A stretch of 63,032 nt of DNA, filler included, from Neoconidiobolus thromboides FSU 785 (taxonomy: Eukaryota; Fungi; Entomophthoromycota): assembly GCA_025603075.1 (NCBI GenBank). It is 8 parts of 8 records of this genome, joined end to end, with 100 filler letters (N's around TTAATTAATTAA, not from the genome) between each part and the next. Parts side by side here need not be neighbours in the genome. Positions count along the whole stretch, not along the records: positions 8,338 to 26,515 come from MU626569.1; 7 more parts are not named here. One strand, 5' to 3'. Positions within the stretch are counted from its first letter, which is position 1. Every line of letters begins with the position of its first letter. Below are positions 11,889 to 24,570 of the stretch, piece after piece. The position numbers and the translations under genes were made by a program. Under the pieces are notes generated by a model that saw only the letters and a program-made list of their open reading frames with translations, ran no database searches and had not been told where the DNA came from.

Positions 11889-13031
11889 GGGCTGATAGTA
11901 TAGGATCTGAATAGTTTTTTATTTTATTATTAGTGTTGTTTTAGTATAATAAAGTTATATTTTTCTGCTTTATATGAAGTTAGTTTACTCCACATCGTTA
12001 TTTTTTTTTAAAATTAAGGGATGTTAATTGAAGGGATAAAAGGCTTTTTCATTAGTTCTTTGAAAAATAAACCTCTGTTATATTTTTAGCTCAGTTTATG
12101 GCTATTTTTAGTTTTATTGGTTTATTTTGAAGGCGAAGTCCAATAAAGCATTAAATATACTTTGACTTAAAATTTATTCTAGTTCGTTTGGTTTCAGGTT
12201 TCACCCCAGGCAACTCCTTTATTTACATCGTAATATATATCTATACTGCGCTTCTAATATCGTACTTGTTTTGTTTCTTGTGGATTATGAAGCATGTATA
12301 TGGTACTGTTTATACTACATATGTTTTTTTAGTACACTGATAGAAAGAAAGGATTAAAAGAATGAGGAGGGGTATCATTAAATTAATTTTAATTTATAAT
12401 AAAACAAAGTAATTTCCGGTAAAACAAATATATGAACTCATTATTATAATACTCGAAATAAAAACAAGTTTTTTAAATAATTTAAACTCATTTATTAGAT
12501 AATCTAAGTAAAGAGGGTGGCTTATTTAAGTTAAACCTCACTGTTATTTTTACGAAAAAATATCTTATAAAATGAAAGGAAAATAACTTTGATTTCACAC
12601 ACAAATCTTTAGATTAAATTAAACAAATAATAAAAGCAATAGTGTACGATTGTATTAAATAATTTTTTAATTACAAATCGTAGTTGGATTGGTAGATAAA
12701 GATTTTAGTTCATAAAGATAAAAACTAGAAAATAACTTCAATATTTAAACTAAAAAACCAATTTCGAAGCTTATATAAAGTTGATATCTCATACTTTAAA
12801 ATTGATAATAGTTTTATTTGCTTTAATATTTAGTATAGCTTTATTGTAATTGAGAGTAAATATAGCATATAACAAATATAATGTTTGTTCAATTAAATAG
12901 CAATAATAGCAAGTAACAGTTTATGCTTATATATAATTGGCTAAAAACTTGAATGATACAACTTACATCATCAAAACCAGTCTAAAGTTAAAAATCAAAA
13001 GATTTTTTGTTATAATACACAAATATACAGA

Positions 13032-14937
13032 ATGAGCGGTCCATTTGGAATACCAATATTTTTACTAACAGATAGTTACAAACTATCTCATCCCTATCTG
13101 TTCCCAGACTCGAAGAAGGTAAAAAGGTTTTTAAATAATATCAAACCTTATTTAATAATCAATATAAAGATGGTAGCCTATAGTTCATTTCGACAGAGTT
13201 ATAATAAAGGTTCGGATGAAAGGATTATATTCTTTGGATTGAGATATTTTATAGAGAACTATATAGACAAGCAATGGTCTTTGGAAGATTTAGAGAAAAG
13301 CAAAAGGTTTTTCGAAACCCATAACGCTGGATTTACAAAGTTTCCATTCCCTGAAGAATTGTTTTTAAAGATGATCAATGAAAACAATGGTTATTTTCCA
13401 ATTTCTATTTATGCCTTGGAAGAAGGGACCGTTGTTTATCCCCATGTACCAGTTATGGTTATGGTGGCAGAAGAACCTTATTCTGGACTGATCACTTACT
13501 TAGAAGCTTTGTTAACAATGATTTGGGTAAATTTTAATTATAAGTATTATACTTTATACGTAACTAAGGATAACAATTAAAAGTATCCATGTACAGTAGC
13601 AACCTTATCAAGACAATGTAAAACGATTATTGAAAAAAGTTTTGAAAAAAGCGTTGATAAAGAAAAAAACTTTTTAATAAATTCAAGGTTACATGATTTT
13701 GGGTTTCGAGGCTGTACTTCAGTAGAGCAAAGTATCTTGGGTGGCATGGCTCATCTGGTAATTTAATTCGTAGTTTTTGTTTTACTGTCTTTATTTTTAT
13801 TTTAGTTAAACTTTGAAGGTTCTGATACTTTATCAGCTGCCTATTATGGCCAATTTAACTGGAACAATGGGGCTCCAATAGCAAGCTCGATACCAGCAAC
13901 AGAGCACTCGGTCATGACCAGTCATCTCAATGAGAAAGTAGGTTAAAATGATACCTGTTTAGATAGTACATTAACGTTGATTTAGCAAGCCATCTTAAAA
14001 ATGATAGAGAAATTCGGAAGCGGAGTGTTTGCCTGCGTGATGGATTCGTATGATTACAAAGTAGCATTGGAAAAAATATTACCAGAGATAGCAAGTGAAA
14101 AAGTAGGCAAAGGAGGGTTTATGGTCTTAAGACCAGATTCTGGAGATCCAATTAAAACTGTTTTGATGGCTTTGAAGTAAACTTCCTTTTGATTTTGTCT
14201 TTAATGATCTGATTTTTTTAGTGCTGGCGATCAGGTTTTTGGTTCTACAATAAACAGTAAGGGCTATAAAGTAAACTTAGGATATTAGGATAAATCTTGA
14301 CAAACAAATTAACAAATGTAAAAGGTATTGAATGGCTGCGGGGTGATTCAAGGCGACGGTATCGATATAATCGTATTAGAAAAGATATTAGATGCTGTAA
14401 TAGAAGCTGGCTACTCTAGTGAAAATATAGCGTTTGGCATGGGAGGTGGGTTGTTACAAGTAAGTTTAATAGCTGTTCTTACTTTACATAAACAATTTAA
14501 TATGATAGAAACTTAACAGAGACACTATGAGTTTTGCTACCAAACTGAGCTACATTAAGGAAAAAGATGATTCAGTAAGATTAATAGCCAAGTTACCGAA
14601 AACAGATACAAGTAAATTTTCGTTGCCTGGGCAATTTATGGTGCTCCTCGATTCTAACAACGTAATTTTGTATTTTATTGAATTGATCTTGAACTAAATA
14701 CATTATTAGTTGCCTAAAGTATATCCTAAACCAGAAGATCAAGTAGAATACGAACAAAAGTATAAATCTAATGATTTGTTAAAATTAGTTTATAATGGCA
14801 CCAAAACAGATAAACAATGGTTGACGTTTGACCAACTCAAAACTAATATAAATCAACATTGGAATAACTGCCCTATTAAATTTGAGCCCATCTCTGATCA
14901 GATTAAAGAACTCCAAAACCAGTTAAAAAATAAATAG
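13032..14937 (+). CDS. NAMPT: Nicotinamide phosphoribosyltransferase, 9 exons
   Basis: Exons 13032-13118, 13170-13526, 13584-13757, 13806-13937, 13986-14176, 14222-14270, 14325-14459, 14509-14661, 14710-14937. Motifs TDSYKLSH, HDFGFRG, GSDT, PATEHS, RPDSGDP, QGDG, FGMGGGLLQKLNRDT. Confidence 0.93.
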
Positions 14938-14991
14938 TCATTCACATCAGTATTAATTTACTTTATTATTTAAATGATGTAAAAAAATATA

Positions 14992-15086
14992 TGCTCCTGG
15001 CGGGGTTCGAACCCGCGACCTTCGCGTGTCTTAAGTATAACTTTAAATTATAAGCACGACGCATTAAACCACTTTGCTACAGGAGC
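14992..15086 (-). tRNA. tRNA-Ile(TAT) with 21-nt intron
   Basis: GCTCCTG...TCGTG-CT-TAT-A[intron]A-CGCGA...GGTTCGAACCC...CAGGAGCA cloverleaf. Confidence 0.92.
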
Positions 15087-15512
15087 TAGTTTGGTGGAAT
15101 TTAATTTTTTAAATAATATATAAATTGGATAATCTCTACTTTTTGAAATGAAAGTCAAAAACATTAAAAACAGAAGTGTAATAGACATAACATTAATAGT
15201 CGATTATAAATTAGGGTATGTCACACTTATTAAAAAGGATGTGATGTAATAATGTTAATAAATTTTAATGTTTGGTCTTTACCAATTTACTATAGTTTTA
15301 TAGACTGTTTGTTGCTCTTAGTTATTTTTTTACATCACTGAAACAAAAATATTAAAATCAAACTTTAATATAGCTTTAAAAGACATACTTCTGTTTGTTA
15401 GTTTTATTTCCTTAAAATAATTTTAATTTTAATGAAAGTTCATTTTAAAATAGCAATCGACATTTTTAAAATTAAAATTTATTTTTAACTCTTTTAAAAA
15501 TAAAGCTTTGAC

Positions 15513-16013
15513 TTAACGTCCCTTGAGGGTATCAAATTGCTCTCTTTCTTTAAACTCCTTTTCAACTTCTTCGATAATTGGTAAAAGGTAAGGTTCATCC
15601 TAAACAAAATAAAATGAATAATGTTCCTTTTTTCATGCTCCTTTCAGAGTTCTATAATTTTTAGGAATATTGAGAAAAGTCTTTACCTCGCTTGGCTTTG
15701 TCCATTGGTCTCTTGGGAGTTCGGCTTTAGCAGTCGAAAGTCCAAAGGCAACTTTGAGACGATAAGCACGGTCTGAAGCTTGTTTAGCTGGTAAACGTCT
15801 TAAAGCTTCTTTAACAACATCATTTTCTTCAACAATTAAATCGTCATATTTTAATCCTTTAATATTTTTGATCATTACTCAGTTCTATTTAAATAAATTA
15901 ACAATTGAATTACCATATCTACGATATCCTGAAATATCTGGATAAATGTTGGCAAAAGGCTTTAAGATTGAAGTAAATAATTTGGACTCGGTAACTACTT
16001 TTACGAAATTCAT
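15513..16013 (-). CDS. QCR7: Cytochrome b-c1 complex subunit 7, 3 exons
   Basis: MNFVKVV...SGYRRYG|LKYDDLIVEENDVVKEALRRLP...RAYRLKVAF...LPRDQWTKPSE|DEPYLLPIIEEVEKE...FDTLKGR*. Confidence 0.95.
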
Positions 16014-16248
16014 CTTTTTTATACTGTTGTTGAATTAACCTTTATTTATTCATTAGTAATTATTGTATCTAAGTAAAAGTTTATGCTTACCAAAGAAGCT
16101 AACAACCTAATTCTAAAGTTTACAATTTAAAATGAATTTTTTATTAGTCTTATCTGCTCGATTATCTTTGATCAAATAATACTAAGGTGTGAAATTATGT
16201 TTTTAATTGACTAATCATAGATGATAAAAATACCATAAGCCTTATATC

Positions 16249-16325
16249 ATTGGTTGCTGCCGGGAAATACTTCAGCCCTTTAAGCGAATGGAGCCACCTT
16301 TGGAATATTGCAAACAACTGATTGG
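16249..16325 (-). promoter_or_regulatory. Two CCAAT boxes upstream of QCR7
   Basis: ATTGG at 16249 and 16321. Hap/NF-Y control of respiratory genes is established in yeasts; function here is inferred. Confidence 0.4.
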
Positions 16326-17225
16326 ATGTTTCATTATCAACTTATTTCAACCAAAAAATTAAAATCCCATTGTTAGCTTTAACTTCTTTGGATCATTTTT
16401 GGATCAAATTTAAATCTTTAATTAAGCTTAATGTAGCCTATAAAGTAGCATTATTACAATGATGGAGTCAGCTATTGGAAATTAAAAGTAGCTTAAAAAT
16501 CGTTTAAACCAGACTATGTAATAAAAGAATAACATAGTTGTTTAAACATTTTGAGTTTAACGCAGTTATATTTAGTATCCAGTTGATGATACTGAAGAAT
16601 TCTGCTTACACATGATTAACTAAGATAAAGCTCTCAAAAGAAGTTTTTCTTGTGTCATAGCTATAATAAGTTGAAATTTACATAATGGTATTGGAATGCA
16701 AAGCTGGATCGTTGAAATGAATAATGCCTTTTCACATATTTAGATTTGAAATTGTCTAGTGTCTTTATAAAAAAATTAATAATGCTATTGAGCACAAAAT
16801 TTAATTTAAACCCAGAATATCTAGGTAAAGTCGGAAGTCGCTTTATAATATGTGAGCTAAGTTTTATAAAAATGTCTTTATATAAAGTTCAAGCATTTAT
16901 AACTCTAATATAATAAACTAAAATGATAGAGCCTTAAATTGTACCAGGTTTTATATTGTTAATCTATACAAGTTATGGGTTATGTTCATAACTCTAATTT
17001 TTTAATTAAATGTCATGTCAAACATTTTTGTTTATTGGAATATATGATTATTTTAAAAGTTGTAAAAAGAGATTGAGTAATTAATTACGCTATTTCAACT
17101 TTTTACAAAATATTCAAATTAAACTGTTTTCAATATTTATAAACAAAATCTTTTAATAAACTACATAATTCAAGTAGTAGTTATATCTTTTCAGTAAATT
17201 TGAAGTCCATATATTTTTTCATGAT

Positions 17226-17329
17226 ATATGGGGATATATTTTGTGTCTAGAGATTTTACTAACGATTTCTCCGCTCAAATAGTGCTTAAAAGATGAAAAA
17301 AGTAATGAAATAAAAAAACACTCCAATAT
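17226..17329 (-). mobile_element. Family-1 MITE copy
   Basis: ATAT|GGGGAT...CACTCCA|ATAT. Confidence 0.9.
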
Positions 17330-18262
17330 ATTATAAATAGTCCAAAGCATATTTGATATATTTAATTTTTATTTATTGGCTTTTTTATATCGTGAAAGAG
17401 TACTAAGGCTTAAAGGTGTCTATTAGCAAAACAAAACAACTAAGGAATCAAGGGAATGGAAATAGAGACCATAAGTAGGAGTGTTTCTTCTGCTTTTCTT
17501 TTTAGCTAATTGGATTAATACCTTGAAATAATTTTTATTAATTTTTAGTTTTTTAGAATAATTTTATTTAACACTTGCCCAATTTGGGTTCGAAATTTTT
17601 AAAAAATTTGCTTTGAAAGTACAAAAGCAAGTTGTCTTTTGAAAATTTCATGATAAAATAATTATGGCATTTATTTAATACAATACAAAAGACTCTCTTT
17701 ACTATGATAAATAAGAGTATATAATATTATTTTTGATATGTATCATTATCTATATTAGGATATCAGTTCAATATTACCTTTACTAACTGTGTATCTTATA
17801 TTAAAAAAACGACATTGATTCGTTAAAATCGGCTAATAAAAAGGAGTGAAATAACATGAAAAAAATGACTAAAAAAAGCAAATTAATTTCAAATCACTCA
17901 AACAACTAAAGATTGAGATTACAGTTGTAAAAATGATAGTAACAGCTAAGAAAAAGAATAACGTTAAAAGGATGGCTTTTAATGAGTAGTTTTAAATAAA
18001 AATCAGGTTGGGGAAATGAAACAACAGAAAAAAAAGTAAAAGTTAAAGGTTAAAGTTAAATTTGGTATAAATTTGGAGTATAACAGATCGTTAAATAGGA
18101 TAGCAAAGAAAAGGTAGTAACTGAAAAAAACAAGTCAATTAAATAATGATATTAATATTAAAAATTTCCTTTGTTTTAAATATTTAAAATAATAATATTA
18201 CTGTATTGTTAAATTAGAAACTAAAAGTATCTTTCTTTATTTCTTTTGTTATTAAATTCACT

Positions 18263-19729
18263 ATGAGGAACTTGGAATTAAATATGGGGGAGATTGGGGA
18301 GTGCTTGATTGATATGATTACTGACGAAGATATAACCATGGATAAAATACAGAATTTCATTGAAAAGGACGTTAATGGAAGTATTTATACTATATTAAAC
18401 TATAAGATTAACCAAAGTGAACAATTAAAGAAACAATTCCCAAAAGAACACCTTAAGGATGCCCAAATATTTTTAGGATTAAACTTTAAGGATTTGAACT
18501 TGATTCAATTTATGATATTACAATTAGAAGAAGAAGAAGAAGAGCTAATCATTTATTTTATAAAGTATTTGATTAAATTATTTCAGTATTATAATTCAGT
18601 GCTATACTTGGATTTAGACGACTTCTTATTACAATTGGTGTTTTACCAATGCTTTGACAAGAATACCATTTTACATTATGCCTCTTTTTTTACAATGTTA
18701 GATTTAGTAGAGCTGTTGTTAAAACTAGGCTCCAATCCTAACTTAAAGAATTGTTTAAAATACACACCAGTAGATTGTGTTGATAATAACGACCTGCGTA
18801 ATTTATTTTTTAATTTAAGTGAGCAAAAGAATTACTTTGCATTAAAAAATAAAGAGCAATTCTTAATCAAATTAATAAATAATAACATAAATAATAATAA
18901 CACCATGAGCAGCAATAATTCATCGAACACATCATTAAGTTCATCCAAATCTATTTTAAAATATAGCAATAATAACAACAATGTAAACAGCAGTGCCAAT
19001 AGTATTAAAATCAAGAAAAAGGTACAGTTTGACAATAACACTCTGCTAACAAATTCGATTAAAAGTAAGGATATATTATTTATTAAACAATTAATAAGTG
19101 AACAGCCAAGTATAATTAATCAATTAAATAAATATATGAATTATAAAAATGGGGACACATTGATTCATTTATGCTGTAGATATCAATTAAATAAGCTATT
19201 AAATTATTTCCTAAAGTTAAATCTATTTAACATCAATCAACTAAATTATAATTCATTCACCCCATTTCATATAGCGATTCAGATGAAAGATTTAAATTGT
19301 ATCAACTTATTACTAAACCATCCTTCATTTAGTAAACAAATTAATATTTTGAATTGCCACTTTAATTTGTTAAATTTATCAAATGATCCTATTATCTTGA
19401 AGTTGTTAACTAAATTGACTTACACTGTGTATTCTTATAATAATAATAATAATAATAATATCAATTCATCCATACCTCCTATTTTACCATCAAATAAATA
19501 TCCACCTGCTGTTAGTCCTAATACCAAAAAGAATAATATCATTGGTCATAGTAACCCTGTTACTCCTAGCCACGGAGGAAATAGCAATAAACAATCACAT
19601 AACAATAAAGTAGCACTTGTTTATAATATAAATACTATTAAAATGAAGAATACTGCTAAGAATACTCATTGTCATCCACCATTACCTCATTCTGATCCTT
19701 TTGTTAATTTATTCATAAATGAACCTTAA
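18263..19729 (+). CDS. Ankyrin-repeat protein with RVxF (KVQF) motif, intronless
   Basis: Ankyrin motifs NTILHYA...LLKLGSNPN...YTPVD; GDTLIHLCC; FTPFHIA. KKKVQFD precedes the second ankyrin block. Confidence 0.88.
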   Translation: MRNLELNMGEIGECLIDMITDEDITMDKIQNFIEKDVNGSIYTILNYKINQSEQLKKQFPKEHLKDAQIFLGLNFKDLNLIQFMILQLEEEEEELIIYFIKYLIKLFQYYNSVLYLDLDDFLLQLVFYQCFDKNTILHYASFFTMLDLVELLLKLGSNPNLKNCLKYTPVDCVDNNDLRNLFFNLSEQKNYFALKNKEQFLIKLINNNINNNNTMSSNNSSNTSLSSSKSILKYSNNNNNVNSSANSIKIKKKVQFDNNTLLTNSIKSKDILFIKQLISEQPSIINQLNKYMNYKNGDTLIHLCCRYQLNKLLNYFLKLNLFNINQLNYNSFTPFHIAIQMKDLNCINLLLNHPSFSKQINILNCHFNLLNLSNDPIILKLLTKLTYTVYSYNNNNNNNINSSIPPILPSNKYPPAVSPNTKKNNIIGHSNPVTPSHGGNSNKQSHNNKVALVYNINTIKMKNTAKNTHCHPPLPHSDPFVNLFINEP

Positions 19730-21145
19730 TTATCATTATCTATAAAATTAATAAAATTTTAAATATTTAAAAATGGTTGTTTTTACATTTAGTGCTATTC
19801 AGCCAAAATTACAAAGTTAATTACTTCAAAGAATACTAACAACCCTTTAGAAACAAAGTTTTTTGAATGCAGATATGTGGTGAGAGGTGATTTTAAGCTC
19901 CGATCCTTGTTTATTTTCAAAACATGAACAGTATAGTATTTCCAAAAAAGTTAGTAGGACTACTTATTTGAATAAATTTTAAAATATGATCTTCTTAAAG
20001 TTTAGACTTAATAAGATTGAGATAACTTGGTCATCATATACTTTATAGTGTTCATACAACTTTGGTATAGAATTAAATATAGTAAAAATCAATAAGTTGG
20101 AATGATCCTTCTTACTATTATTGTATAATTATTTAATTAAGCATTATGTAAAAAGTCCGACTTAAAGCAAAAGGATGAATATCTCAAAAATTATCTTTAT
20201 TTTAGTATTGATCCTACTGGAGCTGTGGCAATTGATATCAACTAGACCTTGTATTTGGACTTTACTATTTTTTGACTTGGCTATGTACGCATGTCTATTC
20301 TTGCGCTTAAATAATTCTTGCAAGTTAATTATTTATACTTTAAGTAAGCTCAAGTATCGAGCTTTGTTTGGTCAACAGTAGTAGGGTGTTAAAGCAAAAC
20401 AAGCTATGCCTCACAAGGGCCTGCCTTTAGTTACACATGGCTCACAACTAAACAACGCTTTGAGAATAAAATTACATGAGTTACAAGCCCTAATAGCATT
20501 TACCTCAGTGTTCAATATTATTAATACGCCGTCATATTTTTTTAAAAGAGCCATTAAAGTAAAAATTAACCACTTTACAAGTTTGTCTAAACAATGTTCT
20601 ATACTTAGAAAAATCTAATGCATAGCTAAAATTATAAAAAATAATGCAAATGGCTGTTTAGTAACAATATTGTTAAAACAAGTTTCTATATATTTTATTG
20701 TATCTAATAAATTATCCTTTATAATCAAATTTATATCAAGCATCATTTGGATCTATTTAAAGGATTTGAGATCGGATTAGATGATTCTAGTCTCTACTTT
20801 AAATGAAAGCTTGCTTAGACAAATATAATTTTGATTTATTGGACGTCTTGTCTTAATATTAGATGCTCAAAAGAGCTACCAAGATTATGCGTTTTATTTT
20901 AGTTTGGTACCTTATTTTAGAAAAATAATATTTATAATCTTAAGAACAAGGATTTTAATAGACTTGAATTAAGTGATTAAAGCAATAGTTTAAAAGGAGA
21001 TTTTGGGGATAGGTAGGAGTTGACTTTTAAATATGATTTAGATGAACTTATTAGTTATCATCAGAGAGGTTTTCGAAATATAATATGGAGAAGGTTCGTA
21101 AGTACTATTTATATGAAGTTCTTGAATATTACCAATTAGAGCTTC

Positions 21146-22175
21146 TTAGAAATAGTTAGGAATAATATTTCGAACTTAATTACTTGGTAAATGAGGCTTG
21201 GTTTGATCGACTCAATGATAAAGGAAAGGTTAGTTTCCAAAGTTGTATTTAGATAGAGTGCCTGTGGTACTATATATAGTGACAAAGTTTGTATAAGGCT
21301 GAAGTTCAAAATAGCATAGATCTCTACCATTGTGAGTGAATGTTATCTCTTTTAATGGCATATTATAGAGGTAGCCTATAGCATGACCTCTTTTAAGAGT
21401 AGGAGTAAAAGTGTTTGGATATCATCTATAATTAATACTTGTACTATGTGTTTTGTTGTTCAGCAATATAGGTGCCTCTATTTTAGATTAATAAACTTAT
21501 TGAATCAATAATGATATTATTACCATGGATTTTAGGAGTACTTTTATTCGCATATCCAAATAATAGCTCAAAGTCATCATTAAAATCAACCATTTCAATT
21601 TCATAATAAAGGCAACTTCCATTTAAGGGCGTATACTCCCTTAAATTATACAATTACCAAAAAAAAGTACTGGATAATTTTCTGTCACTAAAGTTTCATA
21701 GTTTTTTGCAGAAATTACTTTGAAAATGATTGTAAACTGTACATATATGATTTTCTAACTAGATTTTGTTTAGTTCAACTGGAATATTATTTTCAGTCCC
21801 TATTTTACCTTGTTCATTTGTGTCATCGCTTTCTGTCATTGCTTCGCTCAGCTCATATATACCATCGTTTTTTATATTCGCTCTACCCATCTCAATTGGA
21901 TTATCGTTTTCTGATCTTATTTCATTTGTATCTATTGGATTGGTAGTTTCTTCAGGGTATGGATTGCTATTTTCGATTTTTTTTCAAACTTAGAATTAGT
22001 ACGTTTTTTAATATTAATAGCAAAGATGATAGATACGGCAATAGTAGCAACTACTAGGTCAAGTGATATTACAGTAATTAAAAAACAGCCATTTAAAATA
22101 AGGAAAGCTAAAGCATGATATAAGATCAGATCCGAAATCAGTTAGAGGAGTCGATGGAGGGCCAGGCAATGTCAT
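21146..22175 (-). pseudogene. Ssh4-like TM-SPRY pseudogene
   Basis: Colinear with 23552-24570 (CLYYEIEMV..DFELLFGYA; ITFTHNGRDLCY; TIYSTTGTLSKYNFGN*PFLYH*). Frameshift near 22140 and in-frame stops at 21230 and 21212. Confidence 0.8.
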
Positions 22176-22574
22176 TTTTTATCTGTTTTTTATTCTCCTT
22201 CATCCCTTATGTCTTTATGTTTTTTATTAATCTACCAGTTACTTATTTTGCCACATTCAATTCATTGTTAATTTTAATATAACTTGTAAATATTGTGTAT
22301 GCCATTTTTAAAGTCCTCAAAAGTTGTCTTTCAGCCCCTTTTTTATGATTCATTATAGAGCATTTAAAACCCATGGGATTGGGGTAATTTTATACTTTTA
22401 GAAGTAAGCTTTATATAACGTCTGTACTTTAAATAATTGTTATATGCTATTACAGTTTTATTTAGTAAATAAAACTGAAAAAATAAAGGCAAATATTCAA
22501 TATCAAAGCTACTTATAAGCAATGCTTATTAAAACTAGAACTTGTGTTTTAAATCAATAATGTTTGAACAATAA

Positions 22575-22668
22575 GTGGGGGGGGTGTATTTTAAGGATTT
22601 TGTTAGCAACTTATCCGCTTAAGCAGTGCCTAAAAAATGGAAAAAGTAACAAAACCAAAACACTCGCA
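22575..22668 (-). mobile_element. Family-1 MITE copy (degenerate)
   Basis: GGGGGGTGTATTTTAAGGATTTTGTTAGCAACTTATCCGCTT...AAAAATGGAAAAAGTAA. Confidence 0.7.
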
Positions 22669-23551
22669 AGTTTTAAACTTTTGTTTATTTTATTAGTGAT
22701 CCCATTAAAGTTTTTGGAAGTTATTTTTACGGAGCGTTTAAATGGAGTTCTACCGATTCTTTTTTGGCTATATCATTTGATTTCCTTCGTATATGAATAA
22801 AGCCTTAAGTAAAAAATCATAAACAACTAATATAACTAGTTATCGTACAATGCAAGTTGGCGTAATAAATTAGTTACATAAAAGAAATGGGCTTTATAAT
22901 ATCATCTTAGAAAGCAGGTAAATGGTGCAGTATTATATAGAAATTATCCTGATGACGCGTGGCTCCGATTTAAATCATACTGAAGGAAATTTCAACAGAA
23001 ATTCATAATGTCAGTATTTTTACGTTATTTACTGTTATTAAATATTCTAAATTATGTATAAAAAGATTTTTTAAATAAGTATTTCTTTTTACAAGCTCAT
23101 CTAAACAAAAACAACTATTTAGACAATTTGATACAAACTAACCTGAAGGAGCTATTAAAAACAATTATTTAGTTACAAACATATTGAATCTTAAAAGCCA
23201 CATAAATGCTAAAGCTACTTATCTAATTTTTATTGTGTACTGTTGTTACTTGCTTGGACTAAAATGACAATGAATATTGTAAAGGCTCAGTTGAAAACTT
23301 TAAACTCAACTTAATTGCCTCAGCTTATATCTTGATGGAATTTTATAGTATTAAAAAGTTCTTTTTGATATAACGAATAATCACAAGCCCAAAAATTTGA
23401 GGGTCTTTTGAAGTAGCTTAATATAAGTTGTGTTTTTTGGTTTGAAAATGTGGTAGATATTGGGTTTGATTCAATTTTTTTTAATAGTGACATGAAAACG
23501 ATAAAGTTAATTGTTAGGATGAAGCTCTTAAAAACGATTTAGTAGACGATC

Positions 23552-24570
23552 TCAAGAACCATTATGAGGGATCTCTAAAATATAATAAGGAGGAGGTAGT
23601 TGAATACCACTGTCAGTAAACTGTTGGGAGCTATTGAGATAAAGTTGTTGATCATCACCAGTAAAGTGATTTACCCCATCATTAATAGGACTTTCCAAGC
23701 CATAGTCAGGTGGGTCTTCTTGAATATAGTTGCTTGTTAATCCAAGCTTCAGATGATTAGCTCGACGGTAAAGAAAAGGTTGATTGCCAAGGTTATATTT
23801 AAGTAAAGTACCTTTAGTACTATATATAGTGGGAAATTTTTTACGTGAATGCAATTTACAATAGTACAGATCATTACCATTATATGTAAAGGTTATTTTA
23901 CTTAATAATCGGTCATAAAAACAACCTATGATATCGCCACTTTTAAAGGTGTGAACAAACGTGTTCGGATACCGGGTGCCATTAATGACCATACCATATA
24001 TTTTATTGTTTAACAATACATGAGAGCCTAGTTCAAATTAATGAATAATCAAGTATTAATAAAGTTTAAATTACCATAAAATTTATAATTTGTTTTACTT
24101 GCATAGCCAAGTAAAAGTTGAAAATCCCTCGTGATACTGAGTAATTCAATTTCATAGTAAAAAGAGTCTGGATTTAGTAGAATACCCTTGCCTTGAATGA
24201 TACAGTTTTTATTAAAATATATACAGCTGTCTTGTTTTAATAACACTTTGTTTTTGTTTTTGGGTTTTGCATTAAATTTATAAATGTCTAGGCTTGTACT
24301 ACTCCCTATTCTTATTTCGTTTAGCTCAGATAGATCATTATTTCCTCTACCTTGTGGTTCGATATTATTGTTTGTAGCGATATTGTTGTTTGTAGCGGTA
24401 TTGTTGTCTATAGCGGCATTGTTTGTTTCTGCTCCAGCCATGAAGCTTGTATGCTTTTTAAGATAGTCGACAATAAAATTAAATAGATAAACAATAACGA
24501 TAACTGGACTGAATAGTATAAAAAGAGTTGAAGAAATTATCAACTCAAAAATACAATCAAAGGTAGGCAT
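23552..24570 (-). CDS. SSH4: Ssh4/Ear1-like transmembrane SPRY protein with PY motifs, 2 exons
   Basis: Intron 24074-24028 joins two ORFs. N-terminal TM, SPRY core (FYYEIE, GDIIGCFY, ITFTYNG, NLGNQPFLYRRAN), DPPDY and LPPPY motifs. Confidence 0.82.

Noticed and set aside
19800-21000. Moderately GC-richer stretch with short ORFs, as a possible TE remnant
   Set aside because: No convincing RT, integrase or transposase motif in any frame I read.
22564-22800. 78-aa ORF
   Set aside because: Starts at TTG and is largely a degenerate MITE.
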